64,000 nt of DNA from positions 63,560-127,559 of the forward strand of contig JAYTSD010000046.1 in the NCBI GenBank assembly GCA_043745805.1. The letters run 5' to 3'. Origin of the DNA: Fibrobacteria bacterium. GTDB lineage: Bacteria > Fibrobacterota > Fibrobacteria > UBA11236. Under the pieces are notes generated by a model, which saw only the letters and a program-made list of their open reading frames with translations, searched no databases and was not told the origin of the DNA. Positions 1 through 10,926 of the stretch are shown piece by piece (position 1 is the first letter of the stretch; each line of letters starts with the position of its first letter). A program made the position numbers and the translations under genes.

Positions 1-194
1 AAAACTGCGAATGGCGTTGAAAGACAACAAATCGTTCGTTTGCCTAATTAATTAAATCTACTGCTTCTCATTATAAATATTCATAGTGAGAAGTTTTTTT
101 AAAAATCCTCTTGCAATTCAAAAAACTCTTCCTAAATTTTCACGGCTTAATGATTAAGATTCTAATCAGCATTTTTTCCAAAGGTTTTTTTTCC

Positions 195-1595
195 ATGAGA
201 ACAAGAATTATACTGATTGCTCTCGTTTGCATTGGAGCAAATAAACTCTGGGCTGACAGTGAGAAAATAAAAATTCAAGTTCATGGCCAAGGTTGGTTTG
301 ATCAGGGTCGTATAATGACAACTTCCGATAGCGTATTGCGTGATGGTAATACGGAAGGAAACAGCGTTAATATTTCAAATACTTGGCTTAGCTCATTTGG
401 AGCACAGGTTGTTGCTACAGCAGATATAGCTGATAATTTAGAAGCAGTAATAGGCATCGGTGCATATAGAGTAACTCACTCTGTGGGTTCTTATATGACT
501 AATACCAATATTACAAAACAGCCTTTTTATTATGCGATTTCCTTTTACAAAAACTACTTACCCCAATCTCGTTTGACATATTACTTGGGAGATAAAGCGA
601 CTCCTTGGTTTAGCATTACAGGCGGTAGCTTTTCCTATAATTACAATCCCGATGTTAAAAATCTAGGAGCTTATCTTTTAAGAGGTGCGGTTTATCCCGG
701 CATTCTTGTTAGTGGATTTAAAGACTTTAGTATAGACTCTACAAAAAGTAATGTAATGGGTTTGAAAGTTCATAATCAAATCGGAAATTTTTCTCATGAT
801 TTAATCCTGAAAAACGAAACCGATCTTCCTCCTACTTTTGATTTAAGCCTTGCTTATATCGCAAAATATCGTGCATTTGAGGCTTTGGATTTTGGTTTCG
901 GTGTAAACTCTTATCGTTTAATCCCTTATGTTTCCAAACTTGAAAAACCAGGTCATTTGGGAGTGGCATTAGACAATGGCAGAAGTATTGATACTGTTGG
1001 CGCGAATGGAGACTCTGCCAAATTTGTTTATCTGACTCATCAAGGTGTCAAGGTGATGGGCATGTTTAGCATTGATCTAAAACATTGGCTTAATGCAAGT
1101 CTTTTGGGATCACAAGACTTAAAGCTATATGGGGAAGCTGCTTTAATTGGTATTAGCAATCAAGGTTCTGTATATAAGAATCGAAAAGAAAGAATTCCTG
1201 TAATGTTAGGCTTTAATTTACCTGTCTTTGGTTGGTTGGATTTTCTGTCCGTCGAAGGAGAATGGTATGGTTCTAAATATCGCAATGATGTCGCTAATTT
1301 AGGAAGTTTAAATGGAGTTGCTGATTGGACTGAGTATAAACCAACTAGAGTTACGCCTTCGCCGGCTCCTGTTTCAGGTTTTTATGCTGACTCTACAAAA
1401 GACAATATTAAATGGTCGATTAACATTGAAAAAACTATCCAAAAACATCTGCGACTTTCCGGTCAAGTTGCTAGCGATCATTATAGACCTGCACCTATTG
1501 CAACGGGCTTAATTTCCTCCACCGGTGGCACAGCTGAAGCTTTTACTAGACCATCGAATATGTATTTTGAATTTCGTTTGGCCTATTTATTTTAA
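195..1595 (+). CDS. Putative outer-membrane beta-barrel protein, paralog 1
   Basis: ATG195 gives signal peptide MRTRIILIALVCIGANKLWA; C-terminal FRLAYLF beta-signal; shares YNPDVKNLGxYLLRG.VYPG motif with the next two ORFs. Confidence 0.65.
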   Translation: MRTRIILIALVCIGANKLWADSEKIKIQVHGQGWFDQGRIMTTSDSVLRDGNTEGNSVNISNTWLSSFGAQVVATADIADNLEAVIGIGAYRVTHSVGSYMTNTNITKQPFYYAISFYKNYLPQSRLTYYLGDKATPWFSITGGSFSYNYNPDVKNLGAYLLRGAVYPGILVSGFKDFSIDSTKSNVMGLKVHNQIGNFSHDLILKNETDLPPTFDLSLAYIAKYRAFEALDFGFGVNSYRLIPYVSKLEKPGHLGVALDNGRSIDTVGANGDSAKFVYLTHQGVKVMGMFSIDLKHWLNASLLGSQDLKLYGEAALIGISNQGSVYKNRKERIPVMLGFNLPVFGWLDFLSVEGEWYGSKYRNDVANLGSLNGVADWTEYKPTRVTPSPAPVSGFYADSTKDNIKWSINIEKTIQKHLRLSGQVASDHYRPAPIATGLISSTGGTAEAFTRPSNMYFEFRLAYLF

Positions 1596-1612
1596 GGCAG
1601 GGTTCATCTAAT

Positions 1613-2944
1613 ATGATCAAGAAGAATGAAATCATGGGTCCTGTATCAGTTGGCCTTGCTTTGTTGCTAGCTTTGGGAACTAACTTAGTTCGCGCTGAAG
1701 AAAATGTAGAGTTTCACGGTGCGGGTTGGTTGCAAATGGGGCGTGTGGAGAAAAGTTTCACTAGCTCCAAACATACTGATAATGACTATAATAAAAACTG
1801 GATGCAAAATGCCGGTGGTGTGTTCAATGTCGCTGTAAAAGATGATGGTAATTGGGATGCAGCTTTTGGAATGGGTGTAGTTCAGGTCCATTTAGCCAGA
1901 GGAAATCGCTCCAATACCCAAATTTGGTATCCATTTTGGGTTCCATTTTTAACTGAAGCTAAGGTAACCTATAAGTCATCGCTATTCACCGCTGATGATA
2001 AATTAAGCATCACTCTTGGAGAGTTTCAATTCAAATACAATTCTGATATAAAAGATTTAGGGCTATATCTCTTAAAGGGATATGTTTATCCCGGAGCGAT
2101 TCAGTCTGTTTCAGGAAACATGGAAGGAATGCTTTCAACGGACGGTATTTTGGTGGACTATCAAAAGGGTTCATTTAAGAATGATTTGATTCTAAAATTA
2201 GAAACGGATGATAAACCTTTATACGACTTATCCATTGCAGATATCGTTAAGTATCAAGTTTCCAGTGGGTTCGAATTAGGTTTCGGGGTTAATTTTTATC
2301 GCGCTTTTGCGCAAAATAAAAAGCTTACCTCGCCTAGCAAAACATGTAGTGAAAGCAATGATCTTGGACCTTATGCAAATCAAGGCCAGAAAAACGCTTG
2401 TTTCATTGTAGATACAACCGGAACGGTACCTGATACAATAACAGGTTCTTTAGCCGGAACAAAATTAATGGGTATGTTTCGTTTTGACCCCAAAACATTT
2501 TTAACCTCTAGCATTTTCGGTAAGAATGATTTGGTGCTTTATGGTGAAGCTGCATTGATTGGCGTAAAAGATTATAAAGTTGTTTATGCGAAAAAGAGCG
2601 AAAGAATTCCGGTAATGATTGGTTTTAACTTTCCAACTTTTGGCTTCCTCGAATATCTTTCTGGCGAATTCGAATACTATGGTTCTAAGAATTTTAATGA
2701 TAACTTGGTCGCTCAAAATGGCTCATGGGTTCCTGGTTATGATCCAGAATTCAATCCTACTCGTGATAATATTAAATACTCCGTTTCTATGGCAAAAGTT
2801 TTAGGGGGCCATATATTCTTATGGGGTCAAGTCGCCAATGACCATCTTCGTTTGGGAGGCACGCATAATGTTGCGGCTGGTCATGAAGTGACATCCACTC
2901 TTGTGGATTGGTATTGGTCTACAAAAATCGCTTATTTCTTTTGA
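1613..2944 (+). CDS. Putative outer-membrane beta-barrel protein, paralog 2
   Basis: Signal peptide; YNSDIKDLGLYLLKGYVYPG motif; ends KIAYFF. Confidence 0.65.
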   Translation: MIKKNEIMGPVSVGLALLLALGTNLVRAEENVEFHGAGWLQMGRVEKSFTSSKHTDNDYNKNWMQNAGGVFNVAVKDDGNWDAAFGMGVVQVHLARGNRSNTQIWYPFWVPFLTEAKVTYKSSLFTADDKLSITLGEFQFKYNSDIKDLGLYLLKGYVYPGAIQSVSGNMEGMLSTDGILVDYQKGSFKNDLILKLETDDKPLYDLSIADIVKYQVSSGFELGFGVNFYRAFAQNKKLTSPSKTCSESNDLGPYANQGQKNACFIVDTTGTVPDTITGSLAGTKLMGMFRFDPKTFLTSSIFGKNDLVLYGEAALIGVKDYKVVYAKKSERIPVMIGFNFPTFGFLEYLSGEFEYYGSKNFNDNLVAQNGSWVPGYDPEFNPTRDNIKYSVSMAKVLGGHIFLWGQVANDHLRLGGTHNVAAGHEVTSTLVDWYWSTKIAYFF

Positions 2945-2962
2945 TTCTTTGAGGAAAGCTAC

Positions 2963-4255
2963 ATGAACTCTTTCAATTGCCATAAAGCGTCGTTATCCGC
3001 TTCGGCTTTGCTTTCCCTGCTAGTATTAGCGGGTTTATCAATTTCAAATGCAGAGACTAAGGGGGTAACTCTTGGTGGTGCAGGTTGGATGCAATATGGC
3101 CTTATCGGCCATAGTCAAGATTCTACTCTCACGAAAAAGTCAATTTATCAATCAGGCGCTCAATTGTCTTTGGATGCCAATTTATCTGAAGAGCTAAAAG
3201 TACAGGCGGCGCTTGGAGTTGCAGCAGGGCACTCTTTAGCTGGATCAGTAAACAGCGCCGGTGGTTATGCTCCTTTTGGCGTTGGGCCTTATGTCGCAAA
3301 TGCTTATTTTTCCTATGCATTTACTAAATCAGAGGAAAGTAATGTTTATATAAAGGGTGGTTTATTCCCTTATGATTATAATCCCGATGTACATAATTTG
3401 GGATTGTATTTACTAAGAGGCCCAGTTTATCCTGGTTTTTTAATATCAAGTTTTGAAAATAAAGCTGTGCTTCCGATCGCAAACACAATGGGACTTCAAT
3501 TCCATGTTAATTTCGGTCAAATGTCCAATGATTTGATTATAAGTAGCGATGTTGAATTTTTACCTTACTTTGACATCTCACCAGCTTATATTACCAGCTA
3601 TCAATTTGGAAAAACCTTTCGTTTAGGTGGCGGTGTTAATTTTTATCACTGGATTGAGGCTGATAAAAAGCTTGTAAAGTTTTTGAATGAAAATGCCGCG
3701 GATACTTTAGATTTACCCTTTAAAGGAATCAAATTGATGGCTAATGCGTCATTTGATGCAAAAGCCTTATTCGGATATAATGAAATTTTTGGTTCGGAAG
3801 ATTTAAAAATCTATTCTGAAGTAGCCCTTTTGGGAATTAAAAATGACTCAATTTATAAAGAAGTATTCGGTGATAATTTACATAGAATGCCGATAATGTT
3901 TGGTTTTAATATTCCTGCATTCAAGTATTTGGATAAGCTTTCCATTGAAACAGAATGGTATGGAGCGAAATTTAAAGATGATTTAACTCAGTTTGATCAT
4001 ACAGCTGGAAATAAACCATCCGCCAAAACAGTTTTAAAACCAAATGAAAATAATAAGAGAGATAATTGGAAATGGTCGCTTTATGCATCCAAAGTTATTC
4101 AACAGCATTTTAAATTAAGCCTGCAAGTAGCAAATGATCATTATCGTCCAGGTGTTTATACGGGTGATGGTGATAATCACCCGCCATCATCAAGTACCGT
4201 TACCAATACGCCCGAAGACTGGTACGCAATGTTAAAGTTGGCCTACTTCTTCTAA
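2963..4255 (+). CDS. Putative outer-membrane beta-barrel protein, paralog 3
   Basis: Signal peptide; YNPDVHNLGLYLLRGPVYPG motif; ends KLAYFF. Confidence 0.65.
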   Translation: MNSFNCHKASLSASALLSLLVLAGLSISNAETKGVTLGGAGWMQYGLIGHSQDSTLTKKSIYQSGAQLSLDANLSEELKVQAALGVAAGHSLAGSVNSAGGYAPFGVGPYVANAYFSYAFTKSEESNVYIKGGLFPYDYNPDVHNLGLYLLRGPVYPGFLISSFENKAVLPIANTMGLQFHVNFGQMSNDLIISSDVEFLPYFDISPAYITSYQFGKTFRLGGGVNFYHWIEADKKLVKFLNENAADTLDLPFKGIKLMANASFDAKALFGYNEIFGSEDLKIYSEVALLGIKNDSIYKEVFGDNLHRMPIMFGFNIPAFKYLDKLSIETEWYGAKFKDDLTQFDHTAGNKPSAKTVLKPNENNKRDNWKWSLYASKVIQQHFKLSLQVANDHYRPGVYTGDGDNHPPSSSTVTNTPEDWYAMLKLAYFF

Positions 4256-4278
4256 TAAAAATTGCACTTTTCCTTTAT

Positions 4279-4309
4279 AAAAAAGACCGAGTTAAATCGG
4301 TCTTTTTTT
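4279..4309. terminator. Intrinsic terminator, probably bidirectional
   Basis: AAAAAGACCGA-gttaaa-TCGGTCTTTTT hairpin between convergent genes. Confidence 0.8.
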
Positions 4310-4501
4310 GTAATCATAAAAAAAATAATAAACTTTTTTATCAGAGTGTTTCCCTAAAGATTGCATTAAATGATTTTAATTAACGCAAGATGCTTAACAT
4401 CGCGCTGACAATAATGTTTTTTAAAAAGCAAAGCATTCATTGGAAGTAATATAAGTATCTAAGCATGCTTCTTATTGGGTCGCTCTCTATGAAAAAGGTT
4501 A

Positions 4502-6283
4502 TCACCCTCTAATAGTTTTCACATTAGCTTTCGAGGCTGAGGAAAACCTTTCCCCAATTTGTTGTCTCCACATAGCATAATACAGCCCTTTTTGCTCCAG
4601 CAATTCATCATGCTTTCCGGTTTCAATAACCCGACCTTTTTCCAAAACAAAAATTTTATCCGCATGCATTACCGTGGAAAGCCTATGTGCAATTAGCACG
4701 GTTAAGATACTTCGATTGCTTGAAATATCGCGAACGGTTTCACTAATCTCATCTTCGGTTAAAGAATCTAGCGAAGAAGTCGCTTCGTCAAAGACTAATA
4801 AGTTTGGTTTTCGCAGCAAGGCTCTAGCGATCGAAAGTCTTTGTTTTTCGCCGCCGGACACTTTAACGCCACCTTCACCAATAACGGTATCTAAGCCTTT
4901 GTCGGCGCGTTCTAGGAGATTATGACAGGCTGCTTTATAAAGCACATCTAGGCATTCGGGATCGGTAGCTTTGGGGTTAACAAATAAAAGATTTTCACGA
5001 ATGGTGCCTGCAAATAATTGCGTGTCTTGCGTTACAAAGCCAATATGTTCACGTAAGGAATCCATATCTAAAGTATTGCCTGCATGACCATTAAACAAAA
5101 TGTGACCAGTTTGAGGTGAGTATAAACCGACTAATAATTTTACTAAAGTGGTTTTACCTGAACCTGAGGGACCGACAAAAGCAATGGTTTCCCCTAATTG
5201 CGTGCTAAAGGAAATATTGTTTAAAGCATTGGTTGTAGCACTTTGATGTTTAAAGCTTACATCATTAAATGCAAGCGTTTCAATTTGTACTAAGGCATTA
5301 GGAGCTATGGGCTTTACCTCCAGAGGTATATCTAAAATATCTTGAAAGTTTTTTAAGGAGACTTCGGCTTCGCGATAAATATTAATCACATTGCCTAATT
5401 CTTGTAATGGTCCAAAAATAAAGAAAGAATAAATCCATAAAGAGAAAAACTCACCTACGGTAATTTGACGAGCAAAAATCAAATACAACATGGTAAATAA
5501 AATAGAGGTTCTTAAAAAGTTAACGCAGGTTCCTTGAATAAAGCTGAGGCTACGAATATAGCGCACCTTTTTTAATTCCAGTTTTAAAATCTTTCCGGTA
5601 ACAGTATTAAGGCGAGAAATCTCTTGCTGAGCTAAGCCCAAACTTTTTACTAATTCAATATTGCGTAAGGATTCCGTGGTAGAGCCTGCGAGGCTAGTGG
5701 TTTCGGCCACAATAATCTTTTGAATTTTTTTGATGCGCTTGCTTAATACTGAACTTAAAGTTCCCAGAATGGGAATGGTCGCAAAGAAAAGTGGTGCAAT
5801 CACCCAATGAATATTGATGGCATAGATGGTGACAAAAATAATACCCACTAAGGTGGTGAACAAAATATTGATGAAGGCAGAAATAAGTTTTTCCACATCG
5901 GTGCGAACCTTTTGTAGTTTGCCTAAAGTTTCGCCGCTGCGTTGATCTTCAAAAACGGAATAAGGTAATTCTAGCGAATGTTTTAAGCCATCGGCATAAA
6001 GTTGTGCTCCAATTTTCTGGGTAATAACATTAATGAAGTAATCCTGAAAATTTTTTGCTACGCGCGAAACAAAAGCAACTCCCATTGCCCCAAGTAAAAG
6101 CTTTCCCACACCATGAAAAAATTGTGCATGCGAAAGTTGCTCGAAGCGAGAGACATAATTATCAATGACATGGCGAAAAATCCATGGATCCAATAAGGAA
6201 AAAACTTGGTTCACTGTGGCGAGGAAAAGGGCCAGTATAACCATAGGCCAATAGTTAAGTAAATAGCGATAAAGTAATTTCAT
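4502..6283 (-). CDS. ABC exporter, fused permease + ATPase (MsbA/MdlB-like)
   Basis: N-terminal TM domain; Walker A GPSGSGKT; signature VSGGEKQR; LLVFDEATSSLD. Confidence 0.92.
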   Translation of the reverse strand: MKLLYRYLLNYWPMVILALFLATVNQVFSLLDPWIFRHVIDNYVSRFEQLSHAQFFHGVGKLLLGAMGVAFVSRVAKNFQDYFINVITQKIGAQLYADGLKHSLELPYSVFEDQRSGETLGKLQKVRTDVEKLISAFINILFTTLVGIIFVTIYAINIHWVIAPLFFATIPILGTLSSVLSKRIKKIQKIIVAETTSLAGSTTESLRNIELVKSLGLAQQEISRLNTVTGKILKLELKKVRYIRSLSFIQGTCVNFLRTSILFTMLYLIFARQITVGEFFSLWIYSFFIFGPLQELGNVINIYREAEVSLKNFQDILDIPLEVKPIAPNALVQIETLAFNDVSFKHQSATTNALNNISFSTQLGETIAFVGPSGSGKTTLVKLLVGLYSPQTGHILFNGHAGNTLDMDSLREHIGFVTQDTQLFAGTIRENLLFVNPKATDPECLDVLYKAACHNLLERADKGLDTVIGEGGVKVSGGEKQRLSIARALLRKPNLLVFDEATSSLDSLTEDEISETVRDISSNRSILTVLIAHRLSTVMHADKIFVLEKGRVIETGKHDELLEQKGLYYAMWRQQIGERFSSASKANVKTIRG

Positions 6284-6445
6284 AATTAAATACCAATCAG
6301 GAGGAAGTGGTAAAACTAAATATGAAAACCTTAAATGGGAAGGAGTGGATTAATTTTGACACTGTGAAGCGGAAGAAAAAAATGGTAAAATTTAAGCAGA
6401 AAGTTTCAGAAATGAAATTCAGAATTTTGGAAAGGAATCTATTCT

Positions 6446-6961
6446 ATGAAAATCTCTAACGCCAATAAAGGAAAAAAACCTTTTGTGCTCAAATCCGCAC
6501 TTTGTGTGCATGGCATAGCTATGCAACCGGAATATCCACAAAAGCTACAAGAGATTTCAAAAAAAGGATGGGGCACAACTTTCTGGGGCAAGGAAAATAC
6601 CACCAATTGGTTTCATATCCCCTTGAATACGCCTATATATGCGGATGGCAAGCCACCTTTGCTGACCAAAGTCTTTATGTATTTTCACAATACCACTAAG
6701 TCTCCGATTCGCGCGATAACCATATACGATGGCGCTCGGGTTGTGCAAACTTTTGATAATTTAAATTTAGTAGGCGATCATGCTAAAGGCGCTGACGAAA
6801 AAAACACTTGGTGGATTGATCCTCCCAGTGAAATACATCATGGTTTGGGTTTATCAGTGAATGTTGAGTTTCCTGCTCAGCCGGAAGAAACTGTCCAACT
6901 TGGTTCCCTAACACCTCCGCGTTGGATTTTATTCACTACAGCGGGAGCAGAATTCGCTTAA
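6446..6961 (+). CDS. Hypothetical protein, DUF6623-like
   Basis: 171 aa; HG..MQPEYP, GWGT.F.G, NWFHIP.NTP, IYDG motifs recalled from that family; RBS AAGGA. Confidence 0.5.
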   Translation: MKISNANKGKKPFVLKSALCVHGIAMQPEYPQKLQEISKKGWGTTFWGKENTTNWFHIPLNTPIYADGKPPLLTKVFMYFHNTTKSPIRAITIYDGARVVQTFDNLNLVGDHAKGADEKNTWWIDPPSEIHHGLGLSVNVEFPAQPEETVQLGSLTPPRWILFTTAGAEFA

Positions 6962-6984
6962 ATTATTTAAGCGAAAAAATACTA

Positions 6985-7539
6985 TTAGGTTTGCGAAGCC
7001 CCACGCGCCATAATGATTTTGCCGGTACGTACGAGTTCAAGGATTCCGTATTTATCGAGCATCATCTCTAAGGCATCGAGTTTTTCGGTACTTCCAGTAA
7101 CTTGGAGCATCAAAGTGCTTTCACTTAAATCAACGGTGATTCCCTTAAAATGTTCTGCAATTTGCAAAATCTCGGTGCGTTTTTCGGGTGGGCAATTGAT
7201 TTTAAACAAAGCTAGTTCACGTTCCACTACGACATCGCCGGTATGATCTTTTGCATGAATCACATCGATTAAGCGGTTTAAATGTTTAATGATTTGTTCC
7301 AACGTTTTAGGCTCACCGGAAGCGACAATATTCATTGTGGCATATTTACCACCATGCGTAGGTGATACAACTAAGCTTTCGATATTGTATCCGCGACGAG
7401 CAAAAACCAAGGAAATGCGAATGAGCACGCCGGGTTTATTATTCACCAATAAACTAATGGAATGGTTTTGCGTGGCAGGATTCAGAGAACGGGCTACGCT
7501 AGGAGACATATTTTTAATATCGGTACTATTCACGATCAT
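6985..7539 (-). CDS. ilvN: Acetolactate synthase small subunit
   Basis: ACT domain NKPGVLIRISLVFARRGYNIESL; ERELAL; ELVRTG. Confidence 0.95.
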   Translation of the reverse strand: MIVNSTDIKNMSPSVARSLNPATQNHSISLLVNNKPGVLIRISLVFARRGYNIESLVVSPTHGGKYATMNIVASGEPKTLEQIIKHLNRLIDVIHAKDHTGDVVVERELALFKINCPPEKRTEILQIAEHFKGITVDLSESTLMLQVTGSTEKLDALEMMLDKYGILELVRTGKIIMARGASQT

Positions 7540-7574
7540 AATTTTCCTCGTTTTTCATCTTGAACCAAGGTAGC

Positions 7575-9290
7575 CTAGGTGCTACCGGTAGGTTTAGCCA
7601 TTTTCTTCTTAGGAGCTTCCAAAACCATTTCGGAAATTGACGCGCCGGCAGGAATCATAGGGAAAACATTGTCTTCCTTTTCAACATCGGCATCGATAAT
7701 ACAGGGGCCATCATTATACGCGAGAGCAGCGGCCAAAATTTTGGAAACATCGGCGTTACGTTTGATTTTAAAGCCTTTGATTCCATAAGCTTCACCCAAT
7801 TTTACAAAATTAGGATTACCTTCTAAATCCACACCCGACAAACGATTATCAAAAAACATACTTTGCCATTGACGCACCATGCCTAAATAATGGTTATTAA
7901 TAATTAAAATCTTCACCGGCAATTTATTAACTGCTGCGGTCGCTAATTCGGATAAAGTCATTTGAAAGCCACCGTCACCTACAATAGCAATAACTAAAGC
8001 ATCGGGACGTGCAAACTGTGCACCCAAAGCGGCGGGCATACCGTATCCCATAGTGCCTGCGCCACCCGAAGAAATCCAATGGAAGCGATGATCCACTTTC
8101 ATAAATTGCGCAGCCCACATTTGATGTTGGCCTACATCGGTAGTTACAATCGCTTTACCCTTAGTCAAGCGATACATTTCATCCAATACATACTGTGCTT
8201 TTAAGCCACCTTGCTTTTTATAATTCAAAGCAAATTGTTTTTTCCATTTTTTAAGCTGCGCTAACCAAGGTTCAGTTTGACCTTTTTTGATCAAAGGAAT
8301 GAGTTGTTCCAAAACCAATTTAGCATCGCCTACAACAGAGCAATCTACTTTAAACATTTTATTGATTTCAGCTGGATCAATATCGATATGAATTTTTATG
8401 GCATTTGGACAAAAGGCTGAATATTTTCCACAAATGCGATCATCCCAACGTGAACCAATAGAAAGAATGAGATCGCAATCAACTACTGCTTTATTTGCAT
8501 AAGCTGTCCCATGCATACCCAGCATACCTAAACTAAGCTCATGGGTTTCAGGAAAGGCGCCTTTACCGAGTAACGTGTTTGTTACGGGGAATTGGCCTTT
8601 TTCTGCTAAAGTTTTTAAAGCCTTACTCGCATCGGAAATCACGCAACCATGACCTACTAATAATAAAGGCTTTTTAGATTGGGATAATAATTCGGCAATT
8701 TTTGCTACGGCTACAGCATTGCCTTGCGTAGGCAAAACATAACCAGGCAAATCAATTTCCACATCATAATCAGGAATAAATTCACCGCCGGAAATATCTT
8801 TAGGAATATCGATTAATACCGGACCCGGACGGCCAGATTCAGCGATATAGAAAGCTTCCTTAATGATACGAGGAATATCATTTACATTCTTCACTAAATA
8901 AGAATGCTTCACTACCGGAAAAGAAATTCCTGATACATCGGCTTCTTGAAAAGCATCGAGTCCAAGCATAGGTGAAATTGTTTGACCAGTAATAATAATC
9001 ATCGGCACGGAATCCATTTGCGCAGTTAAAATACCTGTAATGGTATTTGTAGCTCCAGGTCCGGATGTTACTAAAACCACACCAGCTTTACCGGTTGCAC
9101 GTGCAAGTCCGTCGGCCATGTGGGTGGCGCCTTGTTCATGGCGAGTCAATATAAATTTAATGGGAGAGTCCACTAAAGCGTCGAAAATGGGAATAGCTGC
9201 GCCACCGGGATGGCCAAACATGTATTCAACACCGTGTTGATGGATGCAATGTATGAGAGCTTCGGCTCCTGTACAGGTTTTACCTGGCAT
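7575..9290 (-). CDS. ilvB: Acetolactate synthase large subunit
   Basis: RHEQGATHMADG; TSGPGATN; ThDP motif GDGGFQM...NN; start at ATG9290. Confidence 0.96.
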   Translation of the reverse strand: MPGKTCTGAEALIHCIHQHGVEYMFGHPGGAAIPIFDALVDSPIKFILTRHEQGATHMADGLARATGKAGVVLVTSGPGATNTITGILTAQMDSVPMIIITGQTISPMLGLDAFQEADVSGISFPVVKHSYLVKNVNDIPRIIKEAFYIAESGRPGPVLIDIPKDISGGEFIPDYDVEIDLPGYVLPTQGNAVAVAKIAELLSQSKKPLLLVGHGCVISDASKALKTLAEKGQFPVTNTLLGKGAFPETHELSLGMLGMHGTAYANKAVVDCDLILSIGSRWDDRICGKYSAFCPNAIKIHIDIDPAEINKMFKVDCSVVGDAKLVLEQLIPLIKKGQTEPWLAQLKKWKKQFALNYKKQGGLKAQYVLDEMYRLTKGKAIVTTDVGQHQMWAAQFMKVDHRFHWISSGGAGTMGYGMPAALGAQFARPDALVIAIVGDGGFQMTLSELATAAVNKLPVKILIINNHYLGMVRQWQSMFFDNRLSGVDLEGNPNFVKLGEAYGIKGFKIKRNADVSKILAAALAYNDGPCIIDADVEKEDNVFPMIPAGASISEMVLEAPKKKMAKPTGST

Positions 9291-9678
9291 TTTGATTTCC
9301 TTTTTTAGCAATAAAAATCATTTTCTTAAAAATAACCTTATATATGTCATATTGTAAAGTGATCGCAGATGATTTTCCTATAAAAATTTGAATTATTTAA
9401 TAATAATCCGATATTTTTACTTTTAAAAACAAAATTTATCAGGTTATTAAAGTCAAAGTTGTTATATTTCAGGAACTAAGTGTCTAAATATTGGTATTTA
9501 ATCTTTAAAAAAACTCTAAACTTTAAATTATGTCCCTGAAATTAAGGATAAAAAGGGTGAATTCTAAATCATCCTATCAAAAGCAGGAAATAACAGAGTT
9601 AATAAGAGCATCCTTTTTGTGATGGGCATCATCATTTAATTTCTCTGCAAAATCCATTTTTGGACAAGGAGACGAATT

Positions 9679-10347
9679 ATGATTTTCAAAAACCTTGCTA
9701 AAGAAGAACAGCCCAGAGAAAAATTGGAAATAAAAGGGGCAGGAGAATTAAGCACACAGGAGTTACTCGCTATTGTTTTGGGAAAAGGCGGAAAAGGAAA
9801 AGATGTTTTACAATTAGCGGAAGAGGTGGTGCGATATTTGGAAAGTACTGGGGAAATTAATTTAACGCATCTATGTAAGATATCCGGAATTGGTAAAGCC
9901 AAGGCTTGTCAAATTTTAGCGAGCTTAGAATTCTCCCGCCGCTTTCTTTTCGTTAAACGCCGTATTCAGATCAAAACACCATTAGATGCTTTGCCGGCAT
10001 TATGCCATTTGAAATACAGCGCACAAGAAGAATTCGTGGTATTGACATTGGATGGTGCCCATCAATTGATCCGTATGCATATTGTGACCAAGGGTTTGGT
10101 GAATCAAAGTCAAATTCATCCGCGGGAAACTTTTTATCCGGCCATTCAAGATAATGCGGTAAGTATTATGGTGGCGCATAATCATCCTTCGGGTAACATG
10201 CAAGCTTCGGAGTCGGATCTGGAAGCGACGCGACGCTTAGTGGCTGCGGGAGAAACCATGGGCATAGGTTTATTGGATCATTTGATTATTACCCGCAATG
10301 GCTATTTGTCGATTCGCGAAAAACATCCGCGTTGTTTTGTTTTGTAA
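9679..10347 (+). CDS. radC: RadC/JAB-domain protein
   Basis: PREKL; HhH GIGKAKA; AHNHPSG...LLDHLII. Confidence 0.93.
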   Translation: MIFKNLAKEEQPREKLEIKGAGELSTQELLAIVLGKGGKGKDVLQLAEEVVRYLESTGEINLTHLCKISGIGKAKACQILASLEFSRRFLFVKRRIQIKTPLDALPALCHLKYSAQEEFVVLTLDGAHQLIRMHIVTKGLVNQSQIHPRETFYPAIQDNAVSIMVAHNHPSGNMQASESDLEATRRLVAAGETMGIGLLDHLIITRNGYLSIREKHPRCFVL

Positions 10348-10389
10348 CGCGGAATCACCCAAATAGGGTAATAATAATTTTCAAATAAA

Positions 10390-10821
10390 TTATTGACGAG
10401 TAAATTGGATAAAGGCAACGCCTGGAAATTTTAAGCCTTGTGATGCGGCCTGATGCGCCATTTGGCCACGATGATGAAATCCATGAGTACATAAATGCAG
10501 TAATATATCTTCTACTGAAGTGCGGCCTGGATCACCAGCTAAGGTTTTGTAATGAATTTCACTAGTGGTTTCCGATTTTAATAGAGCGTTTAACTTTTGC
10601 GAGTTTTCTTGCCATAGACTTAATATTGTGGCTTTGTCTAGGATTTCAAAAACCTGGGCATCTAAGTTTTCGTTTTTAATTCGCTGTAACCAGATCTTTT
10701 CAGCCTTCAATATATGGCTTATTAATTTCCATTGATATTCGTCGTTTGGAGCAGAGGCAAAAACCCATTCGAGCGCTTGTTTATTGGCCCAGAGACTTTG
10801 AGCGATAATTTTTTCAAGCAT
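10390..10821 (-). CDS. DinB family protein
   Basis: WAN, SHIL.AE.IWL, HL.THG.HHRGQ metal-binding His pattern. Confidence 0.85.
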   Translation of the reverse strand: MLEKIIAQSLWANKQALEWVFASAPNDEYQWKLISHILKAEKIWLQRIKNENLDAQVFEILDKATILSLWQENSQKLNALLKSETTSEIHYKTLAGDPGRTSVEDILLHLCTHGFHHRGQMAHQAASQGLKFPGVAFIQFTRQ

Positions 10822-10926
10822 ATTTTCCCTAGAATTAAAAGTGAAATAGAGAAGGTCTTTGAGGTACGATTAAGCGCAACCAAAAAGACACTATTTAAGA
10901 GATTAAGAAAATATTAAGACAAGAAC

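Noticed and set aside
9564..9635. Leu-rich mini-ORF (MMMPITKRMLLLTLLFPAFDRMI, minus strand) upstream of ilvB as an attenuator leader peptide
   Set aside because: About 270 bp from ilvB, with no terminator/antiterminator hairpins and no clear RBS
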